Source of the DNA: Parcubacteria group bacterium GW2011_GWA2_49_9
Lineage (GTDB): Bacteria > Patescibacteriota > Minisyncoccia > Phycocordibacterales > UBA10002
Direction of reading: 5' to 3'
Length of the DNA: 49,232 nucleotides
Assembly: GCA_001004005.1 (NCBI GenBank)
Contig: LCQF01000006.1
Coordinates: 1-49,232, forward strand
A model generated the notes under the pieces. That model saw only the letters and a program-made list of their open reading frames with translations, did no database searches and was not told the DNA's origin. The translations under genes were made by a program, and so were the position numbers. Below are positions 36,691 to 43,525 of this stretch, piece after piece (the stretch's first letter is position 1; every line of letters begins with the position of its first letter).

Positions 36691-36766
36691 GTCATTCTCC
36701 TGAAAAGGGGAATCCAGAACCTCATTAAAGGGCTTTATACTGGATTCCCGCCTCCGCGGGAATGAC
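36691..36766. repeat. Inverted pair of 27-nt 'GTCATTC..GGAATCCAG' palindromic units (dRS3-like ATTCCC-N8-GGGAAT type)
   Basis: 'gtcattctcctgaaaaggggaatccag' (36691-36717) and 'ctggattcccgcctccgcgggaatgac' (36740-36766), in opposite orientation and 22 nt apart. Confidence 0.7.
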
Positions 36767-36862
36767 AGAAAAGTGCGAAATGCGTAAGTCCTACAGATGT
36801 TACTTTTTTCTTATAGATGAGTTGTATATACTATAACAATTCTTTATCGTTAAAGTAACACC

Positions 36863-37729
36863 ATGAGTACGGTCATTGTAGGTAAGAAGAAAGTCGGCAA
36901 CGAGCATCCTTGTTTTTTCGTTGCCGAAATAGGTATCAATCATAACGGCTCACTTGAAACGGCGAAAAAGCTTATTGACGCGGCTTTTGAGGCAGGGTGC
37001 GACGCCGTCAAATTTCAGAAACGGACTGTTGAAGTGGTGTATACAGCAGAAGACCTCGCGAAACCCCGTGACAATCCGTTCGGGCCGACGAACGGTCATT
37101 TGAAGCGGGGTCTTGAGTTCGGAGAGAAGGAATATGCCGAAATTGATCGTTATGTAAAAGAGAAAGGACTTTTGTGGTTCGCTTCTCCGTGGGATGAGCA
37201 GTCGGTGGACTTCCTCCACCGGTTCGACCCCCCTTGCTACAAAATCGCTTCCGCCAGCCTAACCGACGATGGACTCCTCCGTCATATACGTTCTAAAGGG
37301 AAGCCAGTGATGCTCTCTACGGGTATGAGCACCATGGAAGAAATTGAGCATGCCGTTAAAGTTTTAGGAAAACAGGATCTTGTGCTCCTGCATACGGTGG
37401 CAACCTATCCCGCGAATAATGAAGAGTTGAATCTCAAAATGATTAGAACGTTTCAGGAGAGATTTCCGAATGTGCTCATTGGTTATAGTGGACACGAGAA
37501 GGGGGTATCGCCTTCGGTTATGGCGGCTGTACTCGGAGCGTGCGTGATAGAACGTCACATAACGCTTGACCGCACTAGCTGGGGTTCTGATCAGGCAGCA
37601 AGCCTAGAGCCGAAAGGTCTTGAGCTTATGGTGCGCGACATTCGCACATGGGAGGTCTCAAGAGGTGACGGGGTGAAGCGAGTACTTGACACTGAAATCC
37701 CTGTGAAGAAGAAACTGCGCCGAAAGTGA
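36863..37729 (+). CDS. NeuB-family ulosonic-acid (phosphate) synthase paralogue without a SAF domain
   Basis: 'PCFFVAEIGINHNGSLETAKKLIDAAFEAGCDAVKFQKR', 'YKIASASL', 'GYSGHE.G'. It ends at 288 aa, just before the point where the SAF domain begins in 26475-27569. Confidence 0.8.
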   Translation: MSTVIVGKKKVGNEHPCFFVAEIGINHNGSLETAKKLIDAAFEAGCDAVKFQKRTVEVVYTAEDLAKPRDNPFGPTNGHLKRGLEFGEKEYAEIDRYVKEKGLLWFASPWDEQSVDFLHRFDPPCYKIASASLTDDGLLRHIRSKGKPVMLSTGMSTMEEIEHAVKVLGKQDLVLLHTVATYPANNEELNLKMIRTFQERFPNVLIGYSGHEKGVSPSVMAAVLGACVIERHITLDRTSWGSDQAASLEPKGLELMVRDIRTWEVSRGDGVKRVLDTEIPVKKKLRRK

Positions 37730-37847
37730 CTCCGCGCAGTCGGAGTCATCCCCACGACGGAACAGCAGTGAAGTAAGCCTGTGTCGTAGTGGAATAGTCG
37801 TAGACTGACTATCGTAGACTATGCGGGGATCCAGAGAATAGTGCATA

Positions 37848-38288
37848 ATGGTACTCTCTATGTCCGCCCACGTTATTAGGAAAGGAATGATTGACGAGAT
37901 GCTCGCGCTCGCTCCGCGGCAGGGGAAGCGATTACTTGAACCGCTTAAAGATATTTCCTCAAAGGAGAAGTTACCGTTTAACCTACTTGAGGAAACGAAC
38001 GTATCTAATGACGCAGAAGTACACACTCATGAAGCCGACCTTTGGTATTGTTTGTCGGGGGAAGTGACGTTTATCTGTGGTGGTGAACTTGTTCACGGAA
38101 TTCCGAGGAAATTAAAAGACGGAACCATAGATGAGCGCGAATGGAAGGCGAAGGAGATACGAGGAGGCGAAGCAATTATTCTCAAAGCGGGAGACTGGCT
38201 GCATATTCCCGCGGGCGTACCGCATCAACATCGTGCGGTCGGCACCGCGAAACTCATCATAATCAAAGTGCCGTCTGTTTCAGGATGA
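37848..38288 (+). CDS. Cupin-domain protein (small, possibly sugar-phosphate isomerase/epimerase type)
   Basis: 'HTHEADLWYCLSGEVTF' and 'GDWLHIPAGVPHQH', the two cupin motifs. Confidence 0.7.
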   Translation: MVLSMSAHVIRKGMIDEMLALAPRQGKRLLEPLKDISSKEKLPFNLLEETNVSNDAEVHTHEADLWYCLSGEVTFICGGELVHGIPRKLKDGTIDEREWKAKEIRGGEAIILKAGDWLHIPAGVPHQHRAVGTAKLIIIKVPSVSG

Positions 38289-38300
38289 ATGCCTAAAATT

Positions 38301-38329
38301 ATCGCCCGTCTTTTCCGAAGACGGGCGAT
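38301..38329. terminator. Perfect 12-bp hairpin between convergent genes
   Basis: 'atcgcccgtctt-ttccg-aagacgggcgat', located between the stop codons at 38288 (+) and 38333 (-). Confidence 0.65.
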
Positions 38330-38332
38330 GGC

Positions 38333-39031
38333 TCACACGGGACAGGACTCTTTGATAACGTAGTATTTTCCCGCCCCCAAGTGATAGATAATCTTCTCCG
38401 GCCGGTCGGCAAAGAACTCATTAATCGCTCTGCTACAGCCCGGCCACTTTTCAGCGCCGTCGTACGGCGGTTCAGGGTGAATTTCGAGATATTCGTCAAA
38501 AGCGACGATTCCACCCGATACGACTTTGGGGAACAAGCATGTCAGCGCGTCGTGGTATCCACGATATAGGTCCACATCAAGATGAAGAAAAGCAATCTGC
38601 TGTACTTTCGCGCTCGGCAGGCTGTCCGAAAGGAACCCTGCAACGAGACGCAGTTCCAGTTCAGGAAATGAAGTGAATATACTTGCCTCCGCGAGCCGCT
38701 GACGTACTTGTTTTTCACTTACCTTCCATTCGCCTCTTTTCGGATTTCGCGGTGACGCATCGCAAACGTCTGGTTCAGGCCAGCCTTCAAATGAATCAAA
38801 TCCCCATACGTGGCGGGAACAAAATCCTTCCTCGCTTCCAGCAAGGTACGCAAGCATGGAAAAGGTTGAACCTTCCCCGAGTCCGCACTCAACGATGTCG
38901 CCGGAAAGCAGATGAATCTTATCAAAGAGAAAGCAGAAATAACGGAATTGACGCATCCACGCCACAGGGACGGCGGGAACGGTGTGCCACTGGGTCGGGA
39001 ACGGAGTCGGTACGGATGATGTGGTATTCAT
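38333..39031 (-). CDS. TylF/macrocin-O-methyltransferase-family methyltransferase
   Basis: 'GDIVECGLGEGSTFSMLA', 'FLHLDVDLYRGYHDALTCLFPKVVSGGIVAFDEY'. Confidence 0.82.
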   Translation of the reverse strand: MNTTSSVPTPFPTQWHTVPAVPVAWMRQFRYFCFLFDKIHLLSGDIVECGLGEGSTFSMLAYLAGSEEGFCSRHVWGFDSFEGWPEPDVCDASPRNPKRGEWKVSEKQVRQRLAEASIFTSFPELELRLVAGFLSDSLPSAKVQQIAFLHLDVDLYRGYHDALTCLFPKVVSGGIVAFDEYLEIHPEPPYDGAEKWPGCSRAINEFFADRPEKIIYHLGAGKYYVIKESCPV

Positions 39032-39123
39032 TTGATTTACTGTTTGGTCTCGTAATATCTAATCACGTCTGAGACATGATGTCAATGATGGGGCGCACGG
39101 AAAAGTTTGTTATTATTGTGTGT

Positions 39124-39530
39124 ATGGATATAACTCTTAAAACAAAACTAGAAAATATACGGCTGGTCGCCACCGACTTTGACGGCGTGCATACGAACGG
39201 GTGCGTTCATGTTGACGAACACGGCGTTGAAAGCGTCACCTGTAGCCGTAAAGACGGACTGGGCATTGACCTCCTTAAGAAAGCGGGGATAGAGGTGCAT
39301 GTCATCTCTAAAGAGAGAAATCCTGTTGTTGCGGCGCGCTGTATATGGGTGACGACCTCAACGACAAAGCTCCGCTTGAATATGCCGGAGTCGCGATTAC
39401 CGTCGCGGACGGCCATTCCACCCTTTTGTCGTTATGCGACTACGTAACCGAAAGGAGGGGAGGAGACCATGCCATACGGGAAGTAGCGGAACTTATTCTT
39501 GAAGCACAAGGTCACGCGGTCACTTTTTAG
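39124..39530 (+). pseudogene. KdsC-like HAD phosphatase (ulosonate-phosphate phosphatase) split over two frames near 39338-39345
   Basis: Frame A reads 'IRLVATDFDGVHTNG..DEHG.E...CSRKDGLGIDLLKKAGIEVHVISKE.NPVVAAR'. Frame B reads 'YMGDDLNDKAPLEYAGVAITVADGH....CDYVTERRGGDHAIREVAELILEAQG'. About 40-45 aa of the expected linker ('..LGI......DK......') are missing. Confidence 0.75.
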
Positions 39531-39552
39531 TGTTTCTTTTGACATACTGAAA

Positions 39553-39576
39553 CGGCGCCACAGGCGCCGCTTTTTG
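39553..39576 (+). terminator. Rho-independent terminator candidate
   Basis: 'cggcgcc-aca-ggcgccg' followed by 'ctttttg'. Confidence 0.65.
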
Positions 39577-39601
39577 TTGATATTGCGGAGAGAACGCATT
39601 G

Positions 39602-39610
39602 TGCTACTAT
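39602..39610 (+). promoter_or_regulatory. Extended -10-like element (TGcTACTAT) 7 nt upstream of the ATG at 39618 (possible leaderless transcript)
   Basis: Sequence 'tgctactat'. There is no Shine-Dalgarno-like purine run between it and the start codon. Confidence 0.25.
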
Positions 39611-39617
39611 AGCGCGT

Positions 39618-41810
39618 ATGCAAACTATAGATAAAGCACTGTTATGGGTGGCCCGCATCGGGGTCTTTTTCGTGCCGTTTGTGCCGCTAATTATCGCTTC
39701 CAGTCTTTTCTTTCCGTTCATTACGGGGAAGGGGTTTGCGTTCAGAATTATCGTTGAAATCATCTTCGCCTGCTATCTCTTGCTCGCGCTCCGGCGGCCG
39801 GAATTTCGTCCAAAGCACTCGCTCATTCTGTACGGCGCGCTCGCGTTCATCGCGGTGGTGTTTCTTGCGGACGCGTTCGCGGTAAATCCTTTCAAGGCGT
39901 TCTGGAGCAACTTTGAACGTATGGAAGGGTTCGTCACGATGATTCACCTTGTCGCGTACTTTTTGGTTGCCACCGCCGTACTCAACACGGAGAAGTGGTG
40001 GCACCGCTTTTTCGCGACCTCGGTCGGCGTCTCGGCGTTTCTTGGTATCTATGGCATTCTTCAGCTGGCGGGGAAGATTGTCATCAATCAGGGCGGTGTC
40101 CGTCTGGATGGCACGTTTGGCAACGCGGCCTATTTTGCCGGCTATATGCTTTTTCATATTTTTCTTTCGGTGTTTCTTATTCTCCGACATCGGTTGGATA
40201 CCGGATGGAAATGGCTGTACGGCGCGGCGATAATACTTCAAGCATTTACTCTTATCTTCACCGCGACGCGCGGAGCGGCACTCGGCCTTGTCGGTGGACT
40301 CTCGCTCGCGTTTCTACTTGTTGCACTCTTTGAAAAGAGTAATCGCCGTCTCCGCATGGGTGCAGCGGGCGCGTTTCTCGCCCTCATCCTTCTTGTCGTA
40401 GGTTTGTACGCGGCGAGAGATATTTCATTCGTGAAAAACAGCTCCGCGCTCACGCGTTTCGCTTCCGTCTCGGTCAGCGACGCGGGTCCACGTCTTATGG
40501 TCTGGGGTATGGCATGGCAGGGTTTTAAGGAAAATCCGGTTCTCGGTTGGGGGCAGGAGGGATTCAACTATGTGTTCAACAAGTACTACAATCCGAATAT
40601 GTGGTCGCAGGAACAGTGGTTTGACCGTACGCACAATATCTTCTTTGACTGGCTGATTTCCGCGGGACTGCTTGGGTTACTCTCATATCTGTCGCTTTTT
40701 GCTTTTCTGCTCTGGTACATTTGGAGGGGGAAGACAGCAGAAGGCGAGCAGTCATTCTCATTCGCCGAGAAAAGCGTACTCTCCGGACTCCTTGCCGCCT
40801 ATATGATTCATAATTTCTTTGTGTTTGATAACCTAATTAGTTATATTCTCTTCTTCTCGCTCCTCGCCTTCGTGCACACTCGGTTCGGAAAGCCGTTTCC
40901 GTCACTCGCGAACAGTGCGCCGGTACGGAGCGAACAGACTGCCTCAATCTTCGGGGCGGTGCTCCTTGTCCTTCTTTGTTTCGGCATCTATTACGTAAAT
41001 CTCCGCCCGCTCGGAGTTGCCGGCAACCTGATACAAGCGCTTCGGCCTCAACCGAAAGGTCTCACCGAGAACTTAGCGTTCTATAAGCGTGCATTCGCGG
41101 TAGAAAGCATCGGCACGCAGGAAGTGGGGGAGCAGGCCATTCAGGCCGCCGCGAATATCGCCGCCGCGCCAAACGCGCCGGAGTCCATGAAAGTAGAATT
41201 CGTGTCGTTCGGTCTTTCTGCGATGCAGAGAGAAATTACGAGAGCACCTGATGACGCGAGACTCCGTATGTTCATCGGCGGGTTCTTGAATCAACTCGGA
41301 CACTACACGGAAGCGCTTCCACATCTTGAAAAAGCCAACGCGCTTTCCCCGAACAAACAGACCATCGCGTTCTCGCTTTCCAATGCATATGTGAGTCTTG
41401 GGAAGACGGACGAAGCACTTTCGCTTATGAAGACAGCTTTTGAAAATGCCCCGAACTATACGGGAGCGCGAATCGCTTACGCGGCGACAGCCGTGTACGC
41501 GAAACAGTTTTCCGTCGCGGACGAACTTCTTGCCTCCACAACCGATAGTACTATGCTCACCGACGAACGGCTTGTCAAAGCGTATTTCCAAGCGAAGCAA
41601 CTCAAGAAAGTCATTAGTCTGTTGCAGCTACGGCTATCGGCTAATCCGAATGACGCGCAGACCCATATCTCACTCGCGGCGGCGTACATCGCGAACGGCA
41701 ATCGCAAGGAATCCATCGCCGAACTGCAAAAGGCGATTGAGCTCAATCCAGACTTCAAACAGCAAGGTGAATTCTATATCGGTGAAATTAAAGCGGGGCG
41801 GAATCCGTAA
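39618..41810 (+). CDS. O-antigen ligase/Wzy_C-family membrane protein fused to C-terminal TPR repeats
   Basis: About 11-12 TM helices, the Wzy_C-like 'FTATRGAALGLVGG' loop region, and a C-terminal ~250 aa with repeated 'A...Y...G....EA......A....P' TPR-like units. Confidence 0.8.
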   Translation: MQTIDKALLWVARIGVFFVPFVPLIIASSLFFPFITGKGFAFRIIVEIIFACYLLLALRRPEFRPKHSLILYGALAFIAVVFLADAFAVNPFKAFWSNFERMEGFVTMIHLVAYFLVATAVLNTEKWWHRFFATSVGVSAFLGIYGILQLAGKIVINQGGVRLDGTFGNAAYFAGYMLFHIFLSVFLILRHRLDTGWKWLYGAAIILQAFTLIFTATRGAALGLVGGLSLAFLLVALFEKSNRRLRMGAAGAFLALILLVVGLYAARDISFVKNSSALTRFASVSVSDAGPRLMVWGMAWQGFKENPVLGWGQEGFNYVFNKYYNPNMWSQEQWFDRTHNIFFDWLISAGLLGLLSYLSLFAFLLWYIWRGKTAEGEQSFSFAEKSVLSGLLAAYMIHNFFVFDNLISYILFFSLLAFVHTRFGKPFPSLANSAPVRSEQTASIFGAVLLVLLCFGIYYVNLRPLGVAGNLIQALRPQPKGLTENLAFYKRAFAVESIGTQEVGEQAIQAAANIAAAPNAPESMKVEFVSFGLSAMQREITRAPDDARLRMFIGGFLNQLGHYTEALPHLEKANALSPNKQTIAFSLSNAYVSLGKTDEALSLMKTAFENAPNYTGARIAYAATAVYAKQFSVADELLASTTDSTMLTDERLVKAYFQAKQLKKVISLLQLRLSANPNDAQTHISLAAAYIANGNRKESIAELQKAIELNPDFKQQGEFYIGEIKAGRNP

Positions 41811-41823
41811 ACTCAAAGCAATA

Positions 41824-41864
41824 GACGAGGCTCAACCTCAACCACGACGAGGTTGAGCCTCGTC
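41824..41864. repeat. Perfect 16-bp-stem hairpin at the 3' flank of the RAYT-like gene
   Basis: 'gacgaggctcaacctc-aaccacgac-gaggttgagcctcgtc'. The transposase stop codon lies inside it. Confidence 0.8.
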
Positions 41865-42539
41865 AGCGTATCGGAGCCAGTCAGAAATCTCCCGATTAAA
41901 AGTTGTCTTCTCTGGAAAGTAACCGGGGAACTCTTTTTGGTTGAGAAGTTTAGAAAATTGCCGACTGATGCCGAGATAATCGAAGTAACTTGAATAAGGA
42001 TATTCTGCCAGATATTGTTTCGCTCTCCTCCTGTCTCTAATGCCGTTCTCTTTCCATTTCGGTTCAATGATTTTTACAGGATTAAGGTGAATATATGAAA
42101 ATAGATAGCGCAAATAGGTATCGGTTTTTGCGTGCTTCGCTTTGAACCTTCCTTGAAAAAGCACCCCGTCTCTTTTTCGTCCGATGTTAAAGTACATAGT
42201 ATACGCGGTGGAAAGGCGGTGCATAAAAGCGCTAATGCCGTTTTCCGTGGTTTCGCGTACTAGGAGGTGGAAGTGATTTGGCATAAGACAATATGCGCCG
42301 ATGGCTATGATAGGGGAGTCCATCTTTTCACCGAGCGCGGACTTGATAAGCTCAAGCGAAGTCTCATCTTTCCATGCGGGCAGTCGGTCAAAACGAAAAG
42401 GAGCTTTTCCGTTGCATAGATACAGTAGAAGCATGAACCGTTTTCGGTCCGAATCATTCTCAAAGACAGGTCTTCTCTCAACCCCGCGATTGTAGAGGTG
42501 ATAGTACTCTCCTTCGGCAAATTGTATTTTGCGTGACAT
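41838..42539 (-). mobile_element. IS200/IS605-superfamily Y1 (HUH) transposase, REP-associated tyrosine transposase (RAYT)-like
   Basis: 'YYHLYNRGVERRPVF', the HUH motif in 'YCLMPNHFHLLV', and the catalytic-Tyr region 'RYLFSYIHLNPVK'; 233 aa. Confidence 0.85.
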
Positions 42540-42570
42540 GGTCTGTTAAGCATAACACAACAACAAAATT

Positions 42571-42600
42571 GACGAGGCTCAACCTCGTCACAACCTCGTC
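42571..42600. repeat. Hairpin repeat at the 5' flank of the RAYT-like gene, sharing a 16-mer with 41824-41839
   Basis: 'gacgaggctcaacctcgtcacaacctcgtc'. The first 16 nt are identical and in direct orientation to the other flank; 'gacgagg/cctcgtc' forms a 7-bp stem. Confidence 0.75.
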
Positions 42601-42624
42601 AAGACGAACCATAGAAACGCCTTG

Positions 42625-43458
42625 TTAGAGAATGGTGAGCGCGAGGCCGATGACGATAACGGCAAGCGCGAGTAATTTTACGTACAGGCCTTTTTCCCTG
42701 AAATACATTTTTCCCGAGAGAATTGCCCACAGAACGGAAAGGCCGCGCTTTGCGGTGGTTATAATTGAGGCGGCGCCATAGAGGTACGCGAAACCCATCA
42801 GCACGTTTCCAAGTCCCGCCGAAAGCGACTGTACGAAAAAGTCCGGCCGAAGCAACGACCGCAGCGGATTTTCTTTCGCGACGAACACGGCCATACAAAA
42901 AAAGTACAAAACAAGAATCGCCCCAACGATACCTTCCTCGGCCTCCACCGAATTGAAATGGGTAATGTTGTATTTATAAAGTGAGAGCGTGGCCACAGCG
43001 AGGAGCGTGGTGGCGATAACGGGCAACACTCCTTTTTTCCCGACGCCGTGGTTTCGGAACAATATGAGCAGGGCGAGGATAATAATGCCGATGCCGAAGA
43101 GTGCGGGAAGTGTTATTGAATAGCCCAATATAAGGTCGGTGATGAGCAAGAGGGGAATTGTGCCCACCCGTATGAAGTTGTACGTGCTCCGGTCCGCGCG
43201 GGTTATCGCGATCACCGAGACCTGCGCGAGGATTAGTTCAAGCACTACTCGTGTAATGAATGTCGGGAGAGACGCGAGAGAAAACACGAACGTGTGTTTC
43301 GTGATGATGATGCACAGGAAAAACACCGTGCTCCAGAGCATGCTTAAGAACCCCATCGTGTAGATGCTTTGTTTTCCCTCTGCGACCTTTTGTTTTCCAA
43401 GCGACTCCTGCGCTTCGGTGAAGAATGTCGCGGCGAACGTGAGAAGTAATCCGATCAT
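42625..43458 (-). CDS. EamA/DMT-like membrane transporter
   Basis: About 9-10 TM helices and no soluble domain. The start is taken at 'MIGLLLTF' (43458); the ORF extends to 43488. Confidence 0.65.
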   Translation of the reverse strand: MIGLLLTFAATFFTEAQESLGKQKVAEGKQSIYTMGFLSMLWSTVFFLCIIITKHTFVFSLASLPTFITRVVLELILAQVSVIAITRADRSTYNFIRVGTIPLLLITDLILGYSITLPALFGIGIIILALLILFRNHGVGKKGVLPVIATTLLAVATLSLYKYNITHFNSVEAEEGIVGAILVLYFFCMAVFVAKENPLRSLLRPDFFVQSLSAGLGNVLMGFAYLYGAASIITTAKRGLSVLWAILSGKMYFREKGLYVKLLALAVIVIGLALTIL

Positions 43459-43525
43459 GGTGTCTATAGTATAACAAAGTTTGCACAAGCGTTTTTTTGT
43501 ACTAGTATGAAGCGACGAATCTTCT

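Noticed and set aside
38301-38329. The 'cgtctt..aagacg' content of this terminator resembles the stem-TCTT-stem hairpins of the mobile-element family.
   Set aside because: There is no C5/G5 hairpin or TIR nearby. Its position between two convergent stop codons is fully explained by a bidirectional terminator, so the resemblance is probably just a shared short motif.
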